Under the pieces are notes generated by a model. The model had not been told where the DNA came from. It saw only the letters and a program-made list of their open reading frames with translations, and did no database searches. 64,000 nucleotides of DNA from assembly GCA_964344355.1 (NCBI GenBank), contig CAYFNE010000003.1, forward strand, positions 3,068 through 67,067. Direction: 5' to 3'. This stretch comes from an uncultured Magnetococcales bacterium (GTDB taxonomy: Bacteria > Pseudomonadota > Magnetococcia > Magnetococcales > CAYFNE01). The translations under genes and the position numbers were made by a program. Shown one piece after another: positions 31,686 through 41,334 of this stretch (position 1 is the first letter of the stretch; every line of letters begins with the position of its first letter).

Positions 31686-31806
31686 AAAAACCTCTCGTCA
31701 GTCGCTACCACTGCGGATCGAAAAAACCAAAAGTGCCCCGAAATGGTGTCCGGCGGCTGGGAAACCGGGTAGAGGGGGTCACCCCTCCGGATAGAAAAGG
31801 GTTGAA

Positions 31807-34095
31807 TCAGGGAACATACCCTGGAATTTTCGATTCGTCCACCTCATCGATTTGTTCGGGATCCAGGTACTGTTTCGCATACTCCAGATAAACCTTGCTT
31901 TTGATGAACACATGGAACAGTTCCGAATCAATGTGTTGATCCTTGTTCATGAAGCCGAGAATCTTCAGCGAACTGGACAGGGTTTTGGCCTGTTTGTAGG
32001 GGCGGTCGCTGGCGGTCAGGGCTTCGAACACATCGGCGATGGCCATGATCCGCGCTGGAACGGACATCTGTTCCCGTGTCAAACCATTGGGATAGCCGGT
32101 GCCGATCATGGTTTCATGATGGTTGCCGGCCATCTCCGGCACCCGTTTCAAATTGCTGGGGAAGGGGAGGGTATCCAACATTTTCCGCGTTGCCACCACG
32201 TGATGGTTGATGACCTCCCGTTCCTCCTTGGTCAGGGTACCCTTGGGGATATTGAGGTTGTACACCTCGTTTTCCGTCAGGAACGGCTCTTTCTCGCCAT
32301 TGGCATTGGTCCAGACATATTGGCCGATCTTACGGATGCGGTTCTGGCGTTCGTCGGACATGAACTCGCCGCCGATGTTGGACTCCTCGACGAATTTTTT
32401 GTCTTCCTCCAACTGTTGCAGATGGGCTTCGAGCCCTTTTTCCAGATCGGCGACACCCGAGGTGTCGCCCGCTTCCATGGCGGCGATCTTTTTGTGCAGG
32501 AATTCGATCTGCGCCTCCCGTTTCAACACCTCGAAACGGGTGTTGACGGTGTGGATACGGTCATGGATGGTCTCCAGCTTGGTGGCTTTGTCCACCACAT
32601 ATTCCGGGGTCACCACCTTGCCACAGTCGTGCATCCAGGCGGCGATGCGGATTTCATACATCTCCTCGGGGGTCGGGTGGAAATCCTTGAGATCGCCCAT
32701 ATCCGACTCGCCAGCCGCCTTGGCCAACATTTCCGCCAGCACCGGCACCCGATGACAATGGCCGCCGGTGTAGGGGGATTTGTCATCGATGGCGTTGGCG
32801 ATGGTTTTGATGAACGCCTCGAACAGTTCCCTGAGGTTGGCGATCAATTTTTGATTGGTCAGGGCGATGGCCGCCTGGGAGGCGAGGGATTCGGTCAGCG
32901 ATTCATCTTCCTTGCTGAACCGTTTGATCTCTCTGGTGACCGGATTGGTGGCGTTGATCAGCTGAATGACGCCAATAATTTCATTTTCATGGTTTTTCAG
33001 AGGAACCGTCAAAAATGATTTGGATCGATAGCCCGACTTTTTGTCAAAGGCCCGGGTGCCGGAAAAGTCGAATCCCTCGGCCTCGTAGGCATCGGGAATA
33101 TTGATCATCTTGTCATTCAGGACCGAATAGGCCGCCACCATTTGCAGGTTCGGTTTTCCTCCCTTGTAGAGGGGCAATTCCGGGAAATTGATCGGGATAC
33201 CGGTGGTTCCACCCATGGCGATGTCCAGGGAGTCGGTGCGCAGGATTTCAAACTTGAGGGTATTGTTTTCCGTAATGCTGTAAAGGGTTCCGGCATCGGC
33301 ATGGGTCAAATCCTTTACCCCCAGCAGGATGGTTTCCAGCAGGCGGTTGGAATCCCGTTCCGAGGAGAGGGCGATTCCGATCTCATTGAGTTTTCTGACC
33401 AATTTCAGGTTGGTCATGGCGGTGGCGCCCTGGTTGGCCAGGGAGCTGATGACGGTTTCATCGATAATGGAAAAGGGAATGACTTCCCCCGTTTCCGGGT
33501 CTTTGGAGTTCAAAAGCTGCAACACGCCAACGATGTCGTCATTATGGTTCCGCATCGGTACGCCGAGGAAGGATTTCGAACGGTATCCGGTCCGCTCGTC
33601 GAAACGGCGAACTCCCGTGAATCCATGCTCTTTGTCTTCATAAGCGTCGGCAACGTTGATGATTTGATCGTGCAGGGCGACACAGACGGCCACATACTCC
33701 CGGCCCGGTTCGCCGTTTTCCTTGTAGAGGGGCAACTCGGGCAGGTCGATCTCTTTTCCATAGACCTTGCCCTGGCGGATGTTCAGCGAGGTGTTGAGAA
33801 GCATTTCGAACCGGAGGGTTTTGTGCTTCGTCACACTGTAGATGGTGCCACCATCGGCGCGGGAAATGGCCATGGCGGCGAGGAGAATTTTTTCCAGGAG
33901 TTTGTCCGGATCCTTTTCGGCGGAAAAGGAGACCGTAAACGCTTCCATGGCCTCAATTTTACTCAAGCAGGCGCTTTCATTGGAATTGGGCGCTTCGTTT
34001 TGACAGGACGTATTCCGTCCATCGGGTTCGATTCCGTGGAGAGAGTCGGGAAGGTGAATTTTTTTTAACTTTTTGAACGAAGTCTTGTTGGCCAT
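31807..34095 (-). CDS. GAF-GAF-HD-GYP protein (predicted c-di-GMP phosphodiesterase)
   Basis: Two GAF-like repeats (GTIYSV...FLGVPMRNHNDDIVGVLQLLN and GTLYSI...FLTVPLKNHENEIIGVIQLIN). HD-GYP motifs AAWMHDCGKV and HHETMIGTGYPNGL. Confidence 0.9.
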   Translation of the reverse strand: MANKTSFKKLKKIHLPDSLHGIEPDGRNTSCQNEAPNSNESACLSKIEAMEAFTVSFSAEKDPDKLLEKILLAAMAISRADGGTIYSVTKHKTLRFEMLLNTSLNIRQGKVYGKEIDLPELPLYKENGEPGREYVAVCVALHDQIINVADAYEDKEHGFTGVRRFDERTGYRSKSFLGVPMRNHNDDIVGVLQLLNSKDPETGEVIPFSIIDETVISSLANQGATAMTNLKLVRKLNEIGIALSSERDSNRLLETILLGVKDLTHADAGTLYSITENNTLKFEILRTDSLDIAMGGTTGIPINFPELPLYKGGKPNLQMVAAYSVLNDKMINIPDAYEAEGFDFSGTRAFDKKSGYRSKSFLTVPLKNHENEIIGVIQLINATNPVTREIKRFSKEDESLTESLASQAAIALTNQKLIANLRELFEAFIKTIANAIDDKSPYTGGHCHRVPVLAEMLAKAAGESDMGDLKDFHPTPEEMYEIRIAAWMHDCGKVVTPEYVVDKATKLETIHDRIHTVNTRFEVLKREAQIEFLHKKIAAMEAGDTSGVADLEKGLEAHLQQLEEDKKFVEESNIGGEFMSDERQNRIRKIGQYVWTNANGEKEPFLTENEVYNLNIPKGTLTKEEREVINHHVVATRKMLDTLPFPSNLKRVPEMAGNHHETMIGTGYPNGLTREQMSVPARIMAIADVFEALTASDRPYKQAKTLSSSLKILGFMNKDQHIDSELFHVFIKSKVYLEYAKQYLDPEQIDEVDESKIPGYVP

Positions 34096-34300
34096 ATCCG
34101 AGCGGCTCCAAATGACATCTGGCGGTCGATCTGCCTGATTTGCTTAAGTATATATCCAAAATGACTCATTTCCAATCGATTTTTTCGAGTTCGTTTCCCG
34201 TGGCGAAATCGACTGATATTAACAAGTTGCAGTCTAGAATGGGAGTATTTTCAAGCATTTTTCGTACCGAAAATTTACGCTGGAACCGAAATGCGGGGAA

Positions 34301-34600
34301 AGTCCCGGATCAAGAGCGTCGGTTGAATGAATCTGAATGAGAATGAAGGGAAAGTTCAATTCAAAAGCGCCGACCGAAAGAACGGAAAATCCAGAAGAGC
34401 GGTTACGATGGAGGCTGATGGAGGCTGAAGAGGCTGAAGAATCGTCAAAAAGTCCCGGATCAAGAGCGTCGGCTGAATGAATCTGAATGAGAATGAAGGG
34501 AAAGTTCAATTCAAAAGCGCCGACCGAAAGAACGGAAAATCCAGGAGAGCGGTTACGATGGAGGCTGACGGAGACTGAAGAGGCTGAAGAATCGTCAAAG
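34301..34600. repeat. 150-bp direct tandem repeat x2 (5 mismatches in 150 by my alignment)
   Basis: Copy 1 is 34301-34450 and copy 2 is 34451-34600. Both start agtcccggatcaagagcgtcgg and end gaagaatcgtcaaa. A diverged partial third copy lies near 34757-34800. Confidence 0.95.
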
Positions 34601-34710
34601 TGGCTGAGGCTATGGAGGCTGGAGAATCGTCAAAGTGGCTGAGGCTATGGAGGCTGGAGAATCGTCAAAGTGGCTGAGGCTATGGAGGCTGGAGAATCGT
34701 CAAAGAGGCT
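34591..34710. repeat. 35-bp perfect tandem repeat x3 plus a partial copy, sharing its first 10 nt with the end of the 150-bp units
   Basis: atcgtcaaagtggctgaggctatggaggctggaga starts at 34591, 34626 and 34661; a partial copy starts at 34696. There are no spacers, so this is not a CRISPR array. Confidence 0.95.
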
Positions 34711-35187
34711 GAAGGGTTTCTTATCGACAATGAGATCGGCAATGCCAAAATATTTTCGATGGAACCGGAATGAATGGAAAATCCGGATCGAGGGCGTTGG
34801 TCGAAATCGATCAGGCCAAAATTTGACATAACGTAGATTATGCGTGAAATGTTCGGTTTGGTCACTATTTCATCGTCAGGCCAGGGGCCCGGTTTCATGG
34901 TCGCATAAGATGTATTATGTTAAATTTTCAATGGAGAGGTCCCAAACCGGGGTCCGCCGTTTTGTCGGGCCGGTTGGTTTTTCCGTTCTTGCTTGATAAT
35001 CCGGTGTTTTTTTGGATGGATCACGATCGGTTCCGTCGCCGTACCGCAGCGGAACTTGCCGGATCGGCGCTTCCCCCGTAAAATCCCGCTGCACCTTTTT
35101 CAACCTCCGGACCGACCGCCCTTTTTTTCCGAGTGGCCCGGACCGGCCAATGCCGCACTCGACAAACTTTTCCGAAAGCGATTCGCC

Positions 35188-37197
35188 ATGCGCCGTATCC
35201 TCGTTACCAGTGCCCTCCCCTATGCCAACGGTCACATCCATCTCGGGCACCTGGTGGAATATGTTCAGACCGATATCTGGGTCCGTTTTCAAAAATTGCG
35301 GGGAAACGATTGTGTCTATTTTTGCGCCGACGATACCCACGGCACACCGGTGATGATCCGCGCCCGCAGCGAGGGCATCACCCCGGAAGAGCTGGTGGAA
35401 CGCATGCACACGGAACATCAGGCGGATTTCAGCGGTTTCCATATCGCGTTCGACAATTATCACAGCACCCACTCCGAAGAGAACCGGGAACTGTCCGAGG
35501 AAGTCTATCGCAACAATTTCAAGAAGGGACACATCGATACCGCCGTCGTGCGCCAGGCCTTCTGCATCCATGATGACATGTTCCTGCCGGACCGGTTCAT
35601 CCGCGGTACCTGTCCCAGCTGCGAAGCGGCCGATCAATATGGCGATGCCTGTGAAGTCTGCTCGGCCACCTATTCCCCCCTGGACCTGAAGGACGCCGGC
35701 TGCGCGCTCTGCGGCAAAAAACCGGTAGAGAGGGACTCGGAACACTTTTTTTTCAAATTACGCGACTTCGAATCGTTCCTGAAAACCTGGACCCGTTCCG
35801 GCACCCTGCAGGCGGAGATGAGCAACAAACTGGAAGAGTGGTTCGAGGCGGGGCTGAAAAATTGGGACATCTCCCGCGATGGTCCCTATTTCGGATTTGA
35901 AATCCCCAACGCCCCGGGCAAATATTTTTATGTTTGGCTGGACGCCCCCATCGGCTACATGGCCTCGACCAAAAACTGGTGCCACCGTCACGGCAAGGAT
36001 TTCGACGCCTATTGGCGGCGGGACGATCAAGCCGAGGTGTACCATTTCATCGGCAAGGATATCCTCTATTTTCACACCCTCTTCTGGCCGGCCATGCTCA
36101 AAGGGGCCGGTTTCCGCACGCCGACGGCGGTGTTCGCGCACGGATTTCTCACCGTCAACGGGCAGAAGATGTCCAAATCCCGGGGGACCTTCATCAACGC
36201 CCGCAACTACCTGAAATATTTGGATCCGGAATATTTGCGCTATTATTACGCCGGCAAGTTGACCAGCCGGGTCGACGACATCGATCTGAACCTGGAGGAT
36301 TTCGTCCTGCGGGTGAACAGCGATCTGGTCGGCAAGGTGGTCAATCTCGCCTCGCGCACCGCCGGGTTCGTACGTAAACGGTTCGATGGCCACCTGACCG
36401 CGGCCTATCCGGACGATGGCGGACTGCACGACCGGTTCATCCGGACCGGCGCCGAGATCGCCGACCTTTATGAAAAACGCGAGTTCGCCAAGGCCATGCG
36501 CACCATCATGGCCCTGGCCGATGCCGCCAACCGTTACGTGGAGGAAAAGGCCCCCTGGAACCTGGCCAAGCAGGGGCGGGATGAAGCGTTGCAGGTCGCC
36601 TGTACCGTCGCCCTCAACCTGTTCCGCATCCTGATGACCTATCTGCAACCGGTGTTGCCGGCCATGGCCGAACGGGCCCGGACCTTTCTCGATCTGCCGG
36701 CCTGGAACTGGGAGGGTTGCCGGGAACCGTTGCATGGCAAGCAGATCAAAAAATTCAAGCATCTGATGGCACGGGTGGAGAAAAAACAGGTGGAGGCCCT
36801 GATTCACGCCTCCCAGGAGACCACCCCGGCCCCCTCCCCGGCCAAAAAGGAAAAAACCGACGGCGCCGAAGAGATTGAAATCGACGCCTTCGCCCGGGTC
36901 GACCTGAGGGTGGCGCGCATCATCGAGGCGGCGCCGGTCGAAGGGGCGGACAAGCTCTTGCAATTGCGGTTGGATTTGGGCCAACTGGGACAACGCACGG
37001 TGTTCGCCGGCATCAAATCGGCCTATGCGCCGGAAAAACTGGTCGGCCGCCTGACGGTGGCGGTGGCCAACCTGAAACCGCGGCAGATGAAATTCGGCCT
37101 GTCCGAGGGCATGGTCCTGGCGGCGGGGGCCGGCGGCAAGGAGCTGTTCCTGCTCAGCCCGGATGCCGGCGCCGAACCGGGGATGAAGATCAAATGA
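35188..37197 (+). CDS. metG: Methionyl-tRNA synthetase with C-terminal tRNA-binding (Trbp111/EMAP-like) domain
   Basis: [25 protein letters not shown] (HIGH motif), KMSKSRG (KMSKS motif), Zn knuckle [18 protein letters not shown]-terminal [31 protein letters not shown] at 35188 lies inside the longer track ORF. Confidence 0.95.
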   Translation: MRRILVTSALPYANGHIHLGHLVEYVQTDIWVRFQKLRGNDCVYFCADDTHGTPVMIRARSEGITPEELVERMHTEHQADFSGFHIAFDNYHSTHSEENRELSEEVYRNNFKKGHIDTAVVRQAFCIHDDMFLPDRFIRGTCPSCEAADQYGDACEVCSATYSPLDLKDAGCALCGKKPVERDSEHFFFKLRDFESFLKTWTRSGTLQAEMSNKLEEWFEAGLKNWDISRDGPYFGFEIPNAPGKYFYVWLDAPIGYMASTKNWCHRHGKDFDAYWRRDDQAEVYHFIGKDILYFHTLFWPAMLKGAGFRTPTAVFAHGFLTVNGQKMSKSRGTFINARNYLKYLDPEYLRYYYAGKLTSRVDDIDLNLEDFVLRVNSDLVGKVVNLASRTAGFVRKRFDGHLTAAYPDDGGLHDRFIRTGAEIADLYEKREFAKAMRTIMALADAANRYVEEKAPWNLAKQGRDEALQVACTVALNLFRILMTYLQPVLPAMAERARTFLDLPAWNWEGCREPLHGKQIKKFKHLMARVEKKQVEALIHASQETTPAPSPAKKEKTDGAEEIEIDAFARVDLRVARIIEAAPVEGADKLLQLRLDLGQLGQRTVFAGIKSAYAPEKLVGRLTVAVANLKPRQMKFGLSEGMVLAAGAGGKELFLLSPDAGAEPGMKIK

Positions 37198-37374
37198 CGA
37201 CAGGCCCGGCCATCCCCCGTTCATCCCGGTCGATGCATCCGAAAACGGTTTTCCGTCCCCATATTGCGCCCAACGACCGCGAATGTTAGCGAGCTTGACC
37301 GAACAATCTGGGAATAAGGGAATAAGGGAAACCGTTCCGTATTTGCGATCCATTCCTGGGTTTCAATAATTTAA

Positions 37375-40068
37375 ATGAACGAAAACCTGGGACCGACGAT
37401 CATGGCCGATACCCCCTTTCAGAGCAAACATCTCAAGGATTACACCGTAGCCGATTTTTTGGTGGAAACGGTGGCGTTGACTTTTTTTCTGGATGCCGAT
37501 GAAACCCGGGTCCACTCCCGGCTGCGGGTGCGGCGCAATCCGGAAGCGACCGATCCCCGGGCGCCCCTGCATCTGGACGGTCAGGAATTGCACCTGAACC
37601 GCCTGCGTCTGGATGGTGATGAACCAGCCGCTGAACGGTACCGGGTGACGGCGGAGGCGTTGATCATCGCCGACATGCCGGACAGCGCCACCCTGGAACT
37701 GGAGACCACCATCCATCCGGCCGCCAACACCGCCCTGGAAGGGCTCTATCAATCGGGTGGCCTGCTCTGCACCCAGTGTGAAGCGGAAGGGTTCCGAAAA
37801 ATCACCTACTATCCGGACCGGCCCGATGTCATGGCCCGTTTCACCACCACCCTGATCGCCGATCCACAGCGCTATCCGCAACTGTTGTCCAACGGCAACC
37901 GGGTGGATGAACGGACCCTGCCGGATGGCCGACGGTCGGTCACCTGGGAGGATCCGTTCAAAAAACCGGCCTATCTTTTCGCCCTGGTGGCCGGTGATCT
38001 GGTCTGGAAAGGGGATCGGTTCACCACCGTTTCCGGGCGGACGGTCGATCTGCGTCTGTATGTCGAACGGGAAAATATCGAAAAGTGCGACCACGCCCTG
38101 GCCTCGCTGAAAAAGGCCATGGCCTGGGATGAATCCCGGTTCGGCCGGGAGTATGACCTGGACATCTACATGATCGTCGCCGTCAACGATTTCAACATGG
38201 GGGCGATGGAGAACAAGGGGCTCAACCTGTTCAACGCCAAATATGTCCTCGCCCATCCAGAGACCGCCACCGACGACGACTATCATCAGATCGAGGCGGT
38301 GATCGCCCATGAATATTTTCACAACTGGACCGGCAACCGCATCACCTGCCGCGACTGGTTCCAGTTGAGCCTCAAGGAGGGATTGACGGTCTTTCGCGAT
38401 CATCTTTTTTCGGCCGATACCACCACCCCGGCGGTGCAGCGTATTCGCGAAGTGCGCTTGTTGCGCAACCATCAATTTCCCGAGGACGCCGGTCCCACTG
38501 CCCATCCGGTGCAACCGGATACCTATGTGGAAATCAACAATTTTTACACCTTGACCATCTACGAAAAAGGCGCCGAGGTGGTGCGCATGCTGCACATCCT
38601 GCTCGGCGATGATGGATTTCGCGCCGGGATGGACCTCTATTTCGAGCGTCATGATGGTCAGGCGGTGACGGTGGAGGCCTTCGTTCGGGCCATGGAGGCG
38701 GCCAACGGCGTCGACCTGCAACAGTTCCGGCTATGGTATCGGCAGGCGGGAACCCCGCGCCTCCATGTGACCTGGCAACATGATGCCGGGGCAAAGACAG
38801 TGACCCTGGTGGTACGCCAAAGCTGTCCCGCCACGCCCGGTCAACTGGAGAAAAAACCGTTTCACATCCCCCTGGCCCTAGGTCTGCTGGATCGGGACCA
38901 TGGCACCCCCCTCCCCCTGCGCCTGGCCGGCGAGCCGGCATCGTCACCGGCCGCCACCAACCGGGTCCTGGAGTTGCGCAACAGTGAAGAGCGGTTTGTT
39001 TTCCAGGGGATGGCCAAACCACCGATTCCCTCCCTTTTGCGGGGCTTTTCCGCGCCGGTCATCGTCGACAGTGCGCTTCGGGATGAGGAGTTGGCCTTTC
39101 TTTGGAGCCGGGATGAGGATCCCTTCAACCGTTGGGACGCCGGGCAAACCTTTGCCACCCGCACCCTGCTGACATCGATTGGCGAGGTACGCAAAGGGGC
39201 CGGTTTGCGATTGAATGCCGGTTTTACCACCGCCTTTTCCGCCATCTTGAACGATACCGCCCTGGCCCCGGACCTGGCGGCCCTGGCCTTGACCCTGCCG
39301 GCGGAAAAATTTCTCCTGGAACGGATGGCCCCGGCCGATCCCCAGGCGGTCCACAGCGCCCGGGAGTTCGTGCGCCGGGGATTGGCCGATGCCCTGCATG
39401 ATGATTTTCTCAAGTGTTTTCAAAAATATGAACTATCGGAACCCGACCGCTATGATCCAAAACTCAGCGGCGTGCGGGCCTTGAAAAATACCTGTCTGGC
39501 CTACCTGTTGACCCGGGAAACCGGGAATATGCGCCAGTTGGCCCTGGAGCGGTTTCGAAACAGCGACAACATGACCGATCGTTTGGGGGCATTGGTGCCG
39601 CTGGTTCACAACGACTGTCCCGAAGGACGCACCGCCCTGGCGGAGTTTCAGGAAAGATGGCGTGCGGACCCCCTGGTCATGGACAAATGGTTTTCCATCC
39701 AGGCCACCCAACCCCGGGAAGATGCCCTGGAGCGGGTCGTCGAGTTGATGTCACACCCCTTGTTCACCATCCACAATCCCAACCGGGTACGGGCCCTGAT
39801 CGGTGCTTTTTGCAGCGGCAACAGTGTCGCCTTTCATCACCCTTCCGGCAGCGGTTACCGGTTTTTGGTCGATCGGGTGTTGGCCCTGGATGCCCTCAAC
39901 CCCCAGATCGCCGCCCGTTTGTTGACCAACCTGAGCCCCTGGCGGCGTTTTGAGGAGTCGCGTCAACGGTTGATGAAACAGGCCCTGGAGCAGGTGGTGA
40001 ACGCCCCTTCCCTCTCCCGGGATGTGTATGAAATCGCCCACAAAAGCCTTGGGGATCGGGAGGTTTGA
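37375..40068 (+). CDS. pepN: Aminopeptidase N (M1 family)
   Basis: GAMENKGLNLF, HEYFHNWTGNRITCRDWFQLSLKEGLTVF (HEXXH-18-E). Confidence 0.95.
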   Translation: MNENLGPTIMADTPFQSKHLKDYTVADFLVETVALTFFLDADETRVHSRLRVRRNPEATDPRAPLHLDGQELHLNRLRLDGDEPAAERYRVTAEALIIADMPDSATLELETTIHPAANTALEGLYQSGGLLCTQCEAEGFRKITYYPDRPDVMARFTTTLIADPQRYPQLLSNGNRVDERTLPDGRRSVTWEDPFKKPAYLFALVAGDLVWKGDRFTTVSGRTVDLRLYVERENIEKCDHALASLKKAMAWDESRFGREYDLDIYMIVAVNDFNMGAMENKGLNLFNAKYVLAHPETATDDDYHQIEAVIAHEYFHNWTGNRITCRDWFQLSLKEGLTVFRDHLFSADTTTPAVQRIREVRLLRNHQFPEDAGPTAHPVQPDTYVEINNFYTLTIYEKGAEVVRMLHILLGDDGFRAGMDLYFERHDGQAVTVEAFVRAMEAANGVDLQQFRLWYRQAGTPRLHVTWQHDAGAKTVTLVVRQSCPATPGQLEKKPFHIPLALGLLDRDHGTPLPLRLAGEPASSPAATNRVLELRNSEERFVFQGMAKPPIPSLLRGFSAPVIVDSALRDEELAFLWSRDEDPFNRWDAGQTFATRTLLTSIGEVRKGAGLRLNAGFTTAFSAILNDTALAPDLAALALTLPAEKFLLERMAPADPQAVHSAREFVRRGLADALHDDFLKCFQKYELSEPDRYDPKLSGVRALKNTCLAYLLTRETGNMRQLALERFRNSDNMTDRLGALVPLVHNDCPEGRTALAEFQERWRADPLVMDKWFSIQATQPREDALERVVELMSHPLFTIHNPNRVRALIGAFCSGNSVAFHHPSGSGYRFLVDRVLALDALNPQIAARLLTNLSPWRRFEESRQRLMKQALEQVVNAPSLSRDVYEIAHKSLGDREV

Positions 40069-40138
40069 CGAGGGGTTCCCGAGACGGTGGATCTATTTTT
40101 CGTATTTGAGCCGGTTCAATTTTCAAAAGGAGTCGAGC

Positions 40139-41077
40139 ATGGGCAAAATTGCCTTTCTTTTTCCCGGACAGGGTTCCCAGGCCGTGGGCATGGGGCAGGT
40201 GTTGGCGGACTGTGGCGATGAATTCAAACGCCTTTTCACCGAACTGGATGAGGTGGTCGGCCACCCGCTTTCCGAACGGATGTTCCAGGGGCCGTTGACC
40301 GAACTGACCCTGACCGAAAATACCCAACCGGCGCTGGTGGCGACGGCCCTGGCGGCCTATCGCCTGCTGGAAACCCGGATCGGTCTGCGGCCGGATTATG
40401 TGGCCGGTCATTCTCTGGGCGAATATGCGGCCATCAGCGTCGCCGGTGGTTTTTCCTTTGCCGAAGCGGTGCGTCTGGTGCGGTTGCGTGGTCTGGCCAT
40501 GCGCGAGGCGGTACCACCCGGAGAGGGGGGCATGGCGGCGATGCTCAACATGAAACCGGAGCTGGTGACCGAGGTTTGCCGGTTGGCGGCGGAAGAGACC
40601 GGTGGCATCTGTGTGCCGGCCAATTACAACACCTCCGCGCAGGTGGTCATTTCCGGCCATAAGGGGGCCGTGGACCGGGCGGTGGCCCTGGCCAAGGAGC
40701 GTGGCGCCAAACGGTGCATTCCCCTGGCCGTCTCCGCCCCCTTTCACTGCTCCCTGATGCAACCGGCGGCGGATCGGATGGCCGATGCCCTGGAAAAAAC
40801 CACCATTCACGACCTGACCGTTCCCCTGATCGCCAACGTCACCGCCCGGGAGGTACGGGAGGGGAAAACCATCCGCCGCCTGTTGGTCGAACAGATCACC
40901 GGCGCCGTACTGTGGGAAAACTCGATACGCCGCCTGTTGGACCTGGGGGTGGATACCTTCATCGAACTGGGCACCGGCCGGGTCCTGACCGGCATGATGA
41001 AACGGATCGACAAAAAAGCCCGGGCCCTGGCCGTCAATGGTCCGGAGGATTTGGAGCGGGTACGCGAACTGGTCTGA
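40139..41077 (+). CDS. fabD: Malonyl-CoA:ACP transacylase
   Basis: MGKIAFLFPGQGSQAVGMG, GHSLGEYAA, VSAPFHCSLM. aaaaggag SD upstream of the ATG at 40139. Confidence 0.95.
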   Translation: MGKIAFLFPGQGSQAVGMGQVLADCGDEFKRLFTELDEVVGHPLSERMFQGPLTELTLTENTQPALVATALAAYRLLETRIGLRPDYVAGHSLGEYAAISVAGGFSFAEAVRLVRLRGLAMREAVPPGEGGMAAMLNMKPELVTEVCRLAAEETGGICVPANYNTSAQVVISGHKGAVDRAVALAKERGAKRCIPLAVSAPFHCSLMQPAADRMADALEKTTIHDLTVPLIANVTAREVREGKTIRRLLVEQITGAVLWENSIRRLLDLGVDTFIELGTGRVLTGMMKRIDKKARALAVNGPEDLERVRELV

Positions 41078-41334
41078 CCCTCTCCACCGGCCATTCCGTT
41101 CAGCAACCGGGAAGAGGAAAATCCATCCCGGGCCGGGGAGTGCGGGTTTCCCTCTTCCCGGTCCGGGCTCGCGAAAAGCTCCGCTTTTTGGCGATCCATT
41201 CAGGGACCGCACGAGACCGTCGAAAGGTTTTTCGCTGGCCGCCAAGAAACTCAGCCTTTACGCCGGAGCCACCCCGATCAAACGCATCCTCCCGGAAGTC
41301 GGCATCCACCCCATCGCCCCCGCTGGGCTGGCAT

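Noticed and set aside
31721-31740. GGGGCAC-ttttg-GTTT on the minus strand upstream of the CHASE2 cyclase, considered as a -24/-12 promoter
   Set aside because: The -24 half fits, but the -12 TTGC is absent. The match is no better than chance.
34234-34509. 91-aa minus-strand ORF inside the 150-bp repeats
   Set aside because: Its internal duplication simply mirrors the DNA repeat. It has no SD sequence and low-complexity composition, and the other reading frames are full of stops.
34591-34710. Possible CRISPR array (35-bp perfect repeats)
   Set aside because: The repeats are directly adjacent with no spacers. No cas genes are present in the window. This is a tandem repeat, not a CRISPR array.
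37320-37345. The gggaataa-gggaataa tandem 8-mer and a nearby TTGACC, considered as the pepN promoter
   Set aside because: No acceptable -10 hexamer lies at 16-18 nt spacing. The evidence is too weak to call.
35758-38721. 531-aa and 452-aa minus-strand ORFs
   Set aside because: They are antisense shadows of metG and pepN.
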